NCBI GenBank assembly: GCA_050633245.1
Contig: JBOEGD010000027.1
Span: 40,339 to 104,338 of the forward strand
From: Calditrichia bacterium
Lineage (GTDB): Bacteria > Calditrichota > Calditrichia > RBG-13-44-9 > J075
Reading direction: 5' to 3'
Length of the DNA: 64,000 nucleotides
The position numbers were made by a program, and so were the translations under genes. Below are positions 52,160 through 61,870 of this stretch, in pieces; positions within the stretch are counted from its first letter, which is position 1; each line of letters begins with the position of its first letter. A model generated the notes under the pieces. The model ran no database searches. It saw nothing but the letters and a program-made list of their open reading frames with translations, and had not been told where the DNA came from.

Positions 52160-53073
52160 AACGATATATTTTTGCAATTCTCATACTCCTCTTCACCGCT
52201 CAAGGCTGGTGCTGCGACGTCTGTGGCTGTAAGCTTGGTGGACTTTCAATGGGCATTACACCACAATCCACTGCGAACTATTTCGGCTTGCGCTATACTA
52301 CAGCGAGCTTTAATGCCGCCATTCAATACGACAGCGAGTTTTTTGTGGATGAACGATCTTCAGATACCTTCCAACGTCTGGATTTTGTGGGAAAGGTAAA
52401 TTTACCTGCAAATTTTCAGTTGAATTTATCAGTCCCGTATCTCATCAACAAAATGGATGGGAATATTCAAAACGTCAACTTTAACGGGATTGGCGATCCG
52501 CTGGCGATTCTGTTCTACAGTGCAATTAATACCGAAATGAATCCGGCAAGAAAAATAAATCATTCTTTGCTGATCGGTGCCGGTGTCAAATTACCGTTAG
52601 GTAGCAGCAATCAATTAGGTAACGATGAATTAATTAACCGCAACTTCCAGCTTGGCACGGGTAGCACAGATTATCAGCTTTCGGCTATTTATACAATTCG
52701 GTCCGGGGCATTTGGTGCCGCTACTGAAGGTGGCTATCGTCTGAACACAGAAAACCCGGATGGCTATGAGTTTAGTGATCAGATAAATATCGGATTAAAC
52801 TTTTTTTACTTGCGGGAAAATCCAAGAATAGGGCTGCTTCCCTTTTCCGGCGTATACTTTGAGTATGCCGATTCACACAAGGACAATGGTATTATTCAAG
52901 TTAACTCAGGCGGCAAGATGCTGTTGGGAACCCTAGGTACGCAAGTTTATCTGCAGCAAATTACCTTAAGCGCTTCCACTCAATTGCCGATCTATCAATC
53001 GTTTAATTCGGATCAATTTGCTCAAATTGAAGGAAAAGCACGTTTTTCTGTGGATTTTTTATATCAGTTTTAG
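52156..53073 (+). CDS. Outer-membrane beta-barrel 'transporter'-like protein with N-terminal CDVCGC motif
   Basis: Signal peptide, CCDVCGC, GIGD, GVKLPLG, QLGTGS.D, C-terminal YQF. Confidence 0.75.
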   Translation: MKRYIFAILILLFTAQGWCCDVCGCKLGGLSMGITPQSTANYFGLRYTTASFNAAIQYDSEFFVDERSSDTFQRLDFVGKVNLPANFQLNLSVPYLINKMDGNIQNVNFNGIGDPLAILFYSAINTEMNPARKINHSLLIGAGVKLPLGSSNQLGNDELINRNFQLGTGSTDYQLSAIYTIRSGAFGAATEGGYRLNTENPDGYEFSDQINIGLNFFYLRENPRIGLLPFSGVYFEYADSHKDNGIIQVNSGGKMLLGTLGTQVYLQQITLSASTQLPIYQSFNSDQFAQIEGKARFSVDFLYQF

Positions 53074-53087
53074 AAGGATAAGATGGC

Positions 53088-53118
53088 AAAAAAAAGCGGC
53101 GACCGGCTGGTCGCCGCT
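53088..53118 (-). terminator. Rho-independent terminator between convergent genes
   Basis: AGCGGCGACC-N4-GGTCGCCGCT stem with a T-tract on the minus strand. Confidence 0.8.
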
Positions 53119-53126
53119 GACATAGT

Positions 53127-53957
53127 TTATTCCCAGCCTTTTAGCTGAAAAAAGCCGGCACGATTTAATACATCGCGGGAATAGTCCCGACCGGTCGTGT
53201 AGAAATCGACATCGCGTCCATCGCGAATTGCCCGAAGCACATTACCCGGTCCGGCATTGTAGGCAGCCAGGGTCCCACGTAACAGCTCTCGTCCGGTAAG
53301 ATCGGTTCGACGCTTCAGAAAGCGCTCTGAATCAGCAAGAACAGTTCCGGCATACTTTATGTTTTCCTCTGCAATCATCCACTGATCTCCTCGTGCAAAT
53401 TCGTGAAAATCAAAGTCTATCTGCATAAGGCCCCGGCCGAACCCATGCCCGTCCGGAGGTGTAGAACCATTGCGATGAGCCGTAGGATGATTGTTACGAT
53501 GACTGTGATCGCCACTTCCACCGGGTCCCTTCGGGCGTAAAATAAGTCCCCAGTGAGATTCACGGGAGCCAATTCCACCGATGACCGAGATCTGATACCC
53601 GTGCATCAGCTGCACATCATCAATAAACGGCTTGTATTTGCTTGCTTCCAGAAACTGATCCGTCATCGAGCGGTCATTTCGGGCAATCGTTGTATCAAAG
53701 ATAGTATCCAATACCGGCTCCGGCTGGCCAAGCAAAGCTGCCCAGGTAACCGGTCCAACCAAACCATCGTCGTCCAGACCTAAATCGCGCTGCACGCGTT
53801 TAATAGCATCTTCAGTGCCCCTGCCAAAAAATCCGTCTGCCGTAATATTGAAGCCACGTGCCCGAAGCAATTCCTGCAATTCTTTTACTTCATCACGCAA
53901 ATGTGGTGACGTATGATCGAATCCATCATTTAGTCTCAGAATAGGTCTGCTGCTCAT
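53127..53957 (-). CDS. Peptidoglycan-binding domain fused to goose-type (GH23) lysozyme
   Basis: ADGFFG..T..A..Q..GL..DG.VGP.TW; SRESH, GLMQID, AAYNAG, TTGRDYSRDV..RA. Confidence 0.85.
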   Translation of the reverse strand: MSSRPILRLNDGFDHTSPHLRDEVKELQELLRARGFNITADGFFGRGTEDAIKRVQRDLGLDDDGLVGPVTWAALLGQPEPVLDTIFDTTIARNDRSMTDQFLEASKYKPFIDDVQLMHGYQISVIGGIGSRESHWGLILRPKGPGGSGDHSHRNNHPTAHRNGSTPPDGHGFGRGLMQIDFDFHEFARGDQWMIAEENIKYAGTVLADSERFLKRRTDLTGRELLRGTLAAYNAGPGNVLRAIRDGRDVDFYTTGRDYSRDVLNRAGFFQLKGWE

Positions 53958-54112
53958 GAAAAGATCTCCTGTCCGTTCTTAGGTAGCTCAGCAATTTTGC
54001 AAAGCAAATATGTTAATAGGAGTAGAATAGATGGTGTATTTTTCTCAAACATACACATAAGACGCCGCGATTTCAATGTTCGCGGTCATATTCATTGGAA
54101 AAACAGTAAAAA

Positions 54113-55015
54113 TTATGCAGGCTTGGCCGGATTTTCTTGCCGGTAGCGTTTATACAGAACCTGGACAATACCATCAGCAAGACCAACCTGGGGAACGTAG
54201 ATCTTATTGATGTCTGCCCACTTCATCACATCGATATAAATGCGTGAGGCAGGAATAATAACATCAGCGCGATCGGGTCGCAATCCAAGCAGGCGGATTC
54301 GATCTTCATACGTGTAGGCATTTATCAGTTTGTCAATCAGCTTTAGTTCGTTCAGACTAACCGGCTTGTGTTCTTTTTTGTTCGCCAAGCGAAACAGCTT
54401 GTTAATATTACCACCACTTCCAATGGCACGCAATCCGGTTGTCCCCTCGGTGTGCTGCATTACCCAGTTTTTCATGTCTTTCCACCGACTGTCCGGAACC
54501 TTGTCTTTTAAGAGTCGCACGGTTCCAATCTTAAACGATTTTGAAACCACGCTGTTCTTCCGTGTAAACAATGTCAGCTCGGTGCTACCGCCGCCGACGT
54601 CGATATAAAGGTAACCTCTTTTGGGATTTAGCTGAGCAACAACATTGTTGGAGTAAATAATTTCGGCTTCCAGCTTACCATCAATAATTTGTAAATCGAG
54701 TCCGGTTTTTTTGCGTATTTCAGCAACAATGTCTGCGCCGTTTTTTGCCTCTCGCATAGCAGAAGTAGCACAAGCCATATAGTTTAGCGGGCCATACGCA
54801 TCAATCAAATGTTTAAATCCACTCATGGTTTCAATAAGCATCTTGGCCTTATCAGGAGATATCTTGCGGTCGACAAAGGCATCCTCACCAAGACGAACAG
54901 GCATACGAATAAGCGATTCCTTTTTTGACCAGCTCTCGCCGTCTTTTTCAAAAACACGCGTCAATAACAAGCGTACGGCATTCGATCCGATATCAATGGC
55001 AGCAAACTTTAGCAT
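54113..55015 (-). CDS. ppx: Exopolyphosphatase (short Ppx/GppA)
   Basis: AIDIGSNAVR, ATSAMREA.N, DVGGGSTE, RADVI. Confidence 0.93.
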   Translation of the reverse strand: MLKFAAIDIGSNAVRLLLTRVFEKDGESWSKKESLIRMPVRLGEDAFVDRKISPDKAKMLIETMSGFKHLIDAYGPLNYMACATSAMREAKNGADIVAEIRKKTGLDLQIIDGKLEAEIIYSNNVVAQLNPKRGYLYIDVGGGSTELTLFTRKNSVVSKSFKIGTVRLLKDKVPDSRWKDMKNWVMQHTEGTTGLRAIGSGGNINKLFRLANKKEHKPVSLNELKLIDKLINAYTYEDRIRLLGLRPDRADVIIPASRIYIDVMKWADINKIYVPQVGLADGIVQVLYKRYRQENPAKPA

Positions 55016-55062
55016 GAGGTGCCCCGAGTAATGTGTCTATTTGATGATTTGATATGACTTGC

Positions 55063-57162
55063 TTAGCCGGCCTTCAGTGACGAGTCAGAGTCCGAGTCAG
55101 TTGGAAGCTGGATGCTCAGTTTTTCCTCAAAATAGCGATACAGTTTCGTTTGCGCACGAACCGGCAATCGATTCTTATGCTTGCGATAACGATTCTGTAG
55201 ATCACTGTCTAACAGGCGTGATTTACAGTTGTCGCTCCAGTGAATCTCCATAAAGTCGCGAATCTCACGCTGAACGAGCGGATCATAAATCGGACAGGCC
55301 ACTTCCACACGCGTATCGAGGTTTCGCGGCATCCAGTCGGCGGAAGTAAGAAAATAGCGTTCTTCTCCCCCGTTGCAAAAAACCATAATTCTGGAGTGCT
55401 CAAGATATTGATCGACCATACCTGTCGCTTCCATATTCCCCTTCAAACGCGGTTGGTCTACGACGGCAGAAAACATTCCGCGAACCATCAGGCGAACTTT
55501 TACGCCAGCCTCTGCGGCCTTGTATAGCTTTTTTATCATCTTCGGATCTGTCAGGTTATTCAGCTTCAGAAAGATCCATGCCGGACGGTCATTCTTTGCG
55601 TTCACAATTTCGGTATTTATCATCGCAATCAATTTCTTTCGCATGTTGAATGGCGAAACAAACAAATGGCGATAGATATCAATTTTATAGCTGCTTTCAA
55701 GAAAGTCGAATACCTTACGCACTTCGCCTGTCAATCTGGCATCACAGGTAAACAACGTATGATCACTGTAAACCTTCGCAGTCGATTCATTATAGTTTCC
55801 AGTGCCGATACACAGATAGTTCGACTTCTGTTTACCTATTTTGCGGCTTATCAGAATAAGCTTAGCGTGAACTTTAAGCCCTTGCAGTCCGTGGACGACT
55901 TTAACGCCCTCTTCACGCAGCTTTTGAGACCACGCAATATTTGCCTGTTCATCGAAGCGAGCCTGTAGTTCCATCGTCACCTTAACCGACTTGCCATTTT
56001 TCGCAGCATTGATTAGCGCATTAATCACGTTCGAATCGCTGGCAACACGATATAGCGTAATTCGGATTGTAGTGACATAAGGATCAATCGCCGCCTCGCG
56101 CAGTAAATCCAAAACATAGTTAAATGACTGATAAGGATAAGTCAGCAAAATATCCTGCTGATCGATTGCACGAAAAAGGCTGTGATTGCGATCGATTAGC
56201 GGATGCGGCAATGGTGGTTGCGCTTTATTGATTAAATTAGCTGAACCGATTTTCGGAAAGCGCATAAAGTCTTTGAAATTATGATAGCGGGAGCCGGGAA
56301 TAAGGTCGGAATCCTTTTTATTCAGCTTCATCTTCTTCAGCAGGAAATCCAGGAACTCTGCAGGAATCTTGCTGTCAAAAATAAAGCGAACCGGCTTACC
56401 CTGTTTACGCTTCTTCAGGCTTTGATGAACCTTAGCCAGAAAACTTTGCGAGATGTCATCATCCATCTCGAGTTCTGCGTCACGCGTTAACTTAATCGTA
56501 TAGGCTTCATACGTATCGAAGTCGAACATGGAAAAGATGTTACCCAGTGAAAAGCGAATCACATCATCCAGAAGCATCAGATATTGATCATTTTTATTCT
56601 GAGGAAGCAGCACAAACCGCGGACATGAATCAGGCACCTCGATAACAGCATATTGATTTACATCGGGCTTCTCGCTGTGACTCATCCTGACCGCCAGATA
56701 AATAGCGTGATCTTTCAGCAAAGGAATTTCGCTGAGCTGGTCGAGCATAATCGGCACCAAAGCCGGGCGCACACGAGTACGAAAATAATCTGATATATAC
56801 TGCTGCTGCTTAGCATTCAGGCCCGTTTCATCGATGATAAATATCTTCTCACGCTCAAGCTCTTTAATGATCGTCAGATAGATTCGATCAAAGTCCTGCT
56901 GCTGTTCCAGAACAATACGATGAATGTCCTTCAAAACCTTAGTCGGATCTTGCCCTATTACTTTGGCAGCTCGTGTACCAAGTTTGGTAAGGCGCTTTAA
57001 GGTAGCAACACGGACGCGAAAAAATTCATCGAGATTCGACGAGAAAATGCCGAGGAACTTGATCCGTTCGATCAGTGGTACAGAAGTATCGGAAGCCTCC
57101 TGAAGAAGACGTGCATTAAATGACAGCCAGCTTAATTCTTTATTGCGAATATTCATTGGCAC
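55063..57162 (-). CDS. ppk1: Polyphosphate kinase 1
   Basis: ELSWLSFN.R, SNLDEFFRVR, ARFDE..N, KVHAK, LEHSR, SADWM.RN. Confidence 0.97.
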   Translation of the reverse strand: MPMNIRNKELSWLSFNARLLQEASDTSVPLIERIKFLGIFSSNLDEFFRVRVATLKRLTKLGTRAAKVIGQDPTKVLKDIHRIVLEQQQDFDRIYLTIIKELEREKIFIIDETGLNAKQQQYISDYFRTRVRPALVPIMLDQLSEIPLLKDHAIYLAVRMSHSEKPDVNQYAVIEVPDSCPRFVLLPQNKNDQYLMLLDDVIRFSLGNIFSMFDFDTYEAYTIKLTRDAELEMDDDISQSFLAKVHQSLKKRKQGKPVRFIFDSKIPAEFLDFLLKKMKLNKKDSDLIPGSRYHNFKDFMRFPKIGSANLINKAQPPLPHPLIDRNHSLFRAIDQQDILLTYPYQSFNYVLDLLREAAIDPYVTTIRITLYRVASDSNVINALINAAKNGKSVKVTMELQARFDEQANIAWSQKLREEGVKVVHGLQGLKVHAKLILISRKIGKQKSNYLCIGTGNYNESTAKVYSDHTLFTCDARLTGEVRKVFDFLESSYKIDIYRHLFVSPFNMRKKLIAMINTEIVNAKNDRPAWIFLKLNNLTDPKMIKKLYKAAEAGVKVRLMVRGMFSAVVDQPRLKGNMEATGMVDQYLEHSRIMVFCNGGEERYFLTSADWMPRNLDTRVEVACPIYDPLVQREIRDFMEIHWSDNCKSRLLDSDLQNRYRKHKNRLPVRAQTKLYRYFEEKLSIQLPTDSDSDSSLKAG

Positions 57163-57403
57163 TCAAACCATAGTTTAGTCTGGAATAATTATTATTAATC
57201 GACTGGTTTTGCCAGCGACTTAACGGATTATCCCTGCTGACAATAGTTAGCGATGTTGTGTACGGATTCGGGAAGACAATACATACTGGTCGTAAAACAC
57301 AGCATATCAATTAATAAAGACCTTAGACAAAAATAGACAGTATCTTGCCAAAAGGGATGTCTTAGATCAATGTAAGAAAAAAAAACAAATAATGTAAGAG
57401 CCA

Positions 57404-58150
57404 TTACTCGTTGCTCATGCGCTGCGCAACCTCCTGCCACAGCAAACGATAGGAATTCGCTGCTGCCGAGCGTGGTGCAAAGTCTGATACTGGCCTCCGT
57501 TCCACTCCCATACGTTCAACAACTGAACTGTTGAGGATTTGGTTTTCCAAAAAACGTGCATCACCAGTGCTTAAACTGGTAACAATTTCTTTGTGCAGCT
57601 TCCGACGTCTATCAACCATGGAAAAGAAGGGCATCACTTTGAGCCCCGAATAGGTTCTCTTGCCAAGAAACTGGTTGAGCTGCTCGAAGGTTCTCGCCGC
57701 AAGCGTTGTTGGAACGATTGGCACAATAAGACCATCACAAGCCTCAAAGATGTTTTCAGCTAACACGCTTAAACTCGGAGGGCAATCCAGAATAATCACT
57801 TCATAATCCTTACGAAAAGGCTTCAAAAAGGCCTTAAGGCGCGTCGTTGACTTTTCTTCCTTAGCCAGCTTTGTATCCAGCTTGCGAAACGAGGTCTCTG
57901 CAGGCAATAGATCCAATCCTGCATAGTCGGTTCCACGAACATGTTTCCAGGCAGATGTTTTTCCTTTGGCAATTCCTTTTGCTCCGGGAGCAAAGTTGGG
58001 CTTTATCCGAAAGTAATAAGTCGCAGCACTCTGTGGATCTAAATCGACCAATAAAGTGGGCACTTCCAGGCCAGCTTGATAAGCAAGGTTTACAGCCGTT
58101 GCCGTTTTTCCTACACCGCCTTTAGATTGATAAACAGCTAATACACTCAA
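57404..58150 (-). CDS. ParA/Soj family ATPase (no adjacent parB)
   Basis: KGGVGKT, DLDPQ, ILDCPP, MVDRRR; TTG start at 58150 with GGAG RBS. Confidence 0.9.
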   Translation of the reverse strand: MSVLAVYQSKGGVGKTATAVNLAYQAGLEVPTLLVDLDPQSAATYYFRIKPNFAPGAKGIAKGKTSAWKHVRGTDYAGLDLLPAETSFRKLDTKLAKEEKSTTRLKAFLKPFRKDYEVIILDCPPSLSVLAENIFEACDGLIVPIVPTTLAARTFEQLNQFLGKRTYSGLKVMPFFSMVDRRRKLHKEIVTSLSTGDARFLENQILNSSVVERMGVERRPVSDFAPRSAAANSYRLLWQEVAQRMSNE

Positions 58151-58203
58151 CGTTATTCTCCGTGCAAAATCGTTTGTTGCCAAAGTATTATGGTGCGTAA
58201 TTT

Positions 58204-59739
58204 TTATTGTTTAAAGCAAATGTGCTTCATATTTTGCAGCGTTTTTTTTCCCGCAAAATCCTTGAAAATCACGATAAACTTGCGTCGAATCTCCTGGTTA
58301 CGCAAATGCAGTTGCCCCAAAAGACTACCTGAGGCTAATAGCGCGCGGCGCATTTTTACGCTCGAACCGGTTACACGTTGACCATAAGCAAGAAGCTCTT
58401 CCATTTGCACGCTGCCATCCTGAAAATCACCGAGGTTATTCTGCAGCTTTTTTAATGCCGTAATAAACGTGGTCATTTCCTCTTTGGGGAAAAGCGTCTG
58501 AAAGAACTCCAGCAGATAGCGCAGTTTTTTTGCATCTAAACGCAGATCATGCAGTTTTTTATCTGCAGACATTGCGGTAATTTTCATGCCGCGCTTTACG
58601 AGTCTTCGATAGTAAAACCAAATTCGACGTCGTGCCAGTGGCAATACTCCCTCCAGCGCCTCTATAGAGAGAACATCGGGCTGTTTCAACAGATACTGTT
58701 CCCACTCATCAAGAAAGTTTCGAAACCGAGTACTACGCAAATAGCGACTTAACTTTTGCTGTTCCAGTGCACGTTCTTCTGCTAAGGCAGTAAATAGGGG
58801 CGCAATGTCTTCCTGCATTTGCGGCAGCAGGTCAGCAATCATAGTTTCTTTTTCAAGCAGATAGACATCCAGATCGCGCAACCGGTTGGTGCGTTTGCCT
58901 AATGCAGCAAATTTTTCAGAGTATTTATCATTGTCGCTAAGGGGCAAGATCCCTTTTAACTGAGATAATGCTGCGCGTGCACGGCGGACGGCTACACGAA
59001 AATCGTGCAAAAATTCGGTGTCTATATCCCTGCAGATGCCATCAACATTTTGCCGTAGCGCAAACAGATTTGGCAAGAGTAGCTCGTGAAGCGCCTCATG
59101 AGCATTCATCTCGGGCGTCAACATTGCAACTGGTGGTTTAGCAAGCGCCTCACCCGCTTGTTCTGTTAATAACAGCATCAGTGCCGAAGATTCTGGACGA
59201 TGCGATGCGACCTGATTCAGCACATCTTCGATTTTCTTCATTGAATTGTCGAAGCCACGGACGCCGGTTACCTGAAGCTCCGTAGCAATCGGAATTTTGC
59301 GACGACCCTGTTGGTTAAAATATTTCTTGATCCGTAGTCTGGCGACAATCTTGGCTCGCGCATCGCGTAACAGAAAAGCTGCTGCCTCTACAGTCCCACT
59401 TGCCTGAACAAGAAGTGCTCGCATTTCAATAATTGGCGCAACGAGCTTACGAAGGCCTCCGCGCGGCAGGTCCGTGGCAAAACACACCATTTCTGCAAGC
59501 TCAATTTCTGCCTCACAGTTCATGTTGCATACGCTCTGAAGACATAATAAATCGTTCTCATAACAAAGAAACATATCTTTCCGCAATATGCGAAAATCAA
59601 AGGTATCATAGAGCTGAATACTGGATTTCACTTTACCGTCAGTTACCACTTGAAAATGTGCCCTCATCTGCTGCAAAAGTTCAGTAGAGTCAGTCTCAGG
59701 TGTAAATAGGTAGGTGGTCTTTGGTTCTGAAGCCCTCAC
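58204..59739 (-). CDS. CHAD-domain polyphosphate-binding protein with CYTH-like N-terminus
   Basis: YDTFD.R; LHDFRVAVRR.R, RLRDLDV, LHDLR...KKLRY..E, LQNNLGDFQD. Confidence 0.9.
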   Translation of the reverse strand: MRASEPKTTYLFTPETDSTELLQQMRAHFQVVTDGKVKSSIQLYDTFDFRILRKDMFLCYENDLLCLQSVCNMNCEAEIELAEMVCFATDLPRGGLRKLVAPIIEMRALLVQASGTVEAAAFLLRDARAKIVARLRIKKYFNQQGRRKIPIATELQVTGVRGFDNSMKKIEDVLNQVASHRPESSALMLLLTEQAGEALAKPPVAMLTPEMNAHEALHELLLPNLFALRQNVDGICRDIDTEFLHDFRVAVRRARAALSQLKGILPLSDNDKYSEKFAALGKRTNRLRDLDVYLLEKETMIADLLPQMQEDIAPLFTALAEERALEQQKLSRYLRSTRFRNFLDEWEQYLLKQPDVLSIEALEGVLPLARRRIWFYYRRLVKRGMKITAMSADKKLHDLRLDAKKLRYLLEFFQTLFPKEEMTTFITALKKLQNNLGDFQDGSVQMEELLAYGQRVTGSSVKMRRALLASGSLLGQLHLRNQEIRRKFIVIFKDFAGKKTLQNMKHICFKQ

Positions 59740-59754
59740 GTAACATTCTCCGAG

Positions 59755-61239
59755 TTAAATTCTGGCTTCTATTGCGTCTATTACGGTTTTTAACGCTTTG
59801 ATACGCGCATGCAGTTTGGAATTTCCTTCCAAAATTGTCCAGGGCGCCCAATCGGTGTTCGTTCGTATCAGCATTTCGTCAACAGCCGCTTTGTATGCCG
59901 GCCATTTCTTGCGATTACGCCAATCTTCGTCCGTAATTTTCCAGCGTTTGTGTGCCGTATTTTCACGCTCTTCAAAGCGGCGCAACTGCTCAGCTTTATC
60001 AATATGAATCCAAAACTTCACAACGATCGCTCCGGCATCAGTCAGTTGCTTTTCAGTCTCATTAATCTCGCCATACGCACGCCGCCACTCTGCTTCTTTC
60101 GCAAACGCTTCCACTCGCTCAACCAGAACACGCCCATACCAGGTTCTATCGAAAATAGCAATATGGCCATCCTTTGGGATTTCTTTCCAAAAGCGCCAGA
60201 GATAGTGATGTTTCTTTTCAAGCGGAGAAGGCGCAGCAATTGGTATCACATCAAACCCACGTGGGTCGAGGCGCTGTGTCAGTCGGCGGATATTACCTCC
60301 TTTTCCGGCAGCGTCCCAGCCTTCATACATGATAATAACCGGCAGGCGTCTTCGATACAGCTGGAATTCCAGGTTTCGCAATTTACCCTGATAGCGCTTT
60401 AACCGTTTATCATACTCTTCTCGCTCAAGTGCTGGGGACAAATCAACCATATCGAGAGGTGATTTACCCACGGCTCGCGTCGCTTTTCGTGCTGAACGTG
60501 CCGTTGCGGCACGGCGGCGAGCAGCTTTCTCGGATCGAATGCGCTTGGTAAGCTGGGCGATAACATGATTTAGCACGGCAATTGTTGCATAACGCCTGTC
60601 TTCGGCTGCCACAACCTCCCACCCGGCATAGCTGGTGTCGGTCTCGGAAATTACGTTCTCCGCCGCATTGACATAATGTTTATAGTTGCGATGGTCTTTC
60701 CAATTATACTCGGTAATGCGCCAGGTTGTTGCAGGATTCGCATGCAGTTTTTTAAAACGCTTTTTCTGTTCTTTTTTCGAGATGTGCAGAAAGCATTTTA
60801 CGATCAACGTGCCGTCATTGCGCAGCTGCTTCTCAAATTCATTTATATGTTCCAATGGTTGAAGTGCAGCCTTTTTCTTACCGCGCTTTTCAACGTGCTC
60901 GGTCATTATGCTGCCATACCAGCTGCGATCAAAAATAACCATCTGGCCTTTTGCTGGTAATCGATTCCAGAAGCGCCATAAAAAGGGTCGCAGGCGTTCT
61001 TCACGCGTCGGCTTGCGCGTGGTATGCACATTGTAATGTCGCGGATCGAGTGGCCGAATTATGCGATTGATAAGCTCGCCTTTGCCGGCGGCTTCCCATC
61101 CCTCGAGCAACAAGATAACAGGAATGTCAAGTTCGATTGCTTCACGCTGTATCTTTGCCAGCTTTTTCTGAAGGCTGGCGTATTGATTGCGATAGTCTTC
61201 TCGAGGCAGTTTGAGGGACAAGTCAATTTCGTTGAACAT
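59755..61239 (-). CDS. pap: Polyphosphate:AMP phosphotransferase (two-domain PPK2)
   Basis: Two PPK2 domains: EGWEAAGKG/FDRSWY and EGWDAAGKG/FDRTWY. Confidence 0.92.
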   Translation of the reverse strand: MFNEIDLSLKLPREDYRNQYASLQKKLAKIQREAIELDIPVILLLEGWEAAGKGELINRIIRPLDPRHYNVHTTRKPTREERLRPFLWRFWNRLPAKGQMVIFDRSWYGSIMTEHVEKRGKKKAALQPLEHINEFEKQLRNDGTLIVKCFLHISKKEQKKRFKKLHANPATTWRITEYNWKDHRNYKHYVNAAENVISETDTSYAGWEVVAAEDRRYATIAVLNHVIAQLTKRIRSEKAARRRAATARSARKATRAVGKSPLDMVDLSPALEREEYDKRLKRYQGKLRNLEFQLYRRRLPVIIMYEGWDAAGKGGNIRRLTQRLDPRGFDVIPIAAPSPLEKKHHYLWRFWKEIPKDGHIAIFDRTWYGRVLVERVEAFAKEAEWRRAYGEINETEKQLTDAGAIVVKFWIHIDKAEQLRRFEERENTAHKRWKITDEDWRNRKKWPAYKAAVDEMLIRTNTDWAPWTILEGNSKLHARIKALKTVIDAIEARI

Positions 61240-61426
61240 CGCGGCTCCATTCAGGATTCATGGTGATGAATACTATAAAATACATCATTTTGCAACGTCA
61301 GTGCAATACCTGAATCACAGGCAACAGATTTAACTTACTATTTGGGCCGGATTTATGCAATCAGAGGCATGTTACAATAATGCAATACATAGTTGCCGGA
61401 ACTAGCGAGAGACTTGCTAAATTCGT

Positions 61427-61780
61427 TTATCTGATTGAAAGTAAACGAAAAAAGACAAATGTAAATAGAGCAATCGCTGGCAGGACAATCCATAGACTGT
61501 AGGTTCCCAAAGCAATCAGGGCAACTACCATCAAGGTAATAAAGGCAAATAAGCGGACACCCTGCCCTGTAGCATCCTGGATAAAACGTGTTTCAGCCTG
61601 GCGGACTTTAATTGGCAAGGACAAAAACTTCCAGGACTAGCAAAAATACCGTCAGGTAGAAAGTAAAAGACCAGCCCAGAGCAGATAAAAACTCAGAATG
61701 CCGACAATCAGAGATGTAACCCGTACCAGCGTAAGTTTATTACTCGCACTGTTGTATCGTCTTATAACAAGCGGTTCCAT
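61427..61780 (-). pseudogene. Degraded paralogue of the adjacent membrane protein
   Basis: Frame from ATG 61780 is interrupted by TGA and TAG; the last 65 codons align with the C-terminus of 61871-62578. Confidence 0.6.
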
Positions 61781-61870
61781 ACCTATAGCCTTAACTTGAC
61801 ATTGCTTTTGTAACAGTCTGCACAAGTGGCAAATTGAGGATTGCTTTCATACCGACAGATCGAGCATTTT

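Noticed and set aside
57228-57440. 70-aa minus ORF between parA and ppk1
   Set aside because: Overlaps the parA end and runs through an AT-rich promoter-like spacer.
57404-58150. parA as a sign of a plasmid or integrated element
   Set aside because: No parB, rep, integrase or att sites; the context is a metabolic operon.
59809-60402. 197-aa plus-strand ORF
   Set aside because: Antisense to the PPK2 gene, with no motifs.
61285-61395. TTGCA repeats upstream of pap as a Pho or sigma54 site
   Set aside because: Spacing is irregular and there is no properly placed GG-N10-GC or Pho consensus.
61640-61660. In-frame TGA/TAG as selenocysteine or pyrrolysine recoding
   Set aside because: Two different stops in a truncated hydrophobic paralogue, with no redox motif or SECIS-like hairpin; decay is the simpler explanation.
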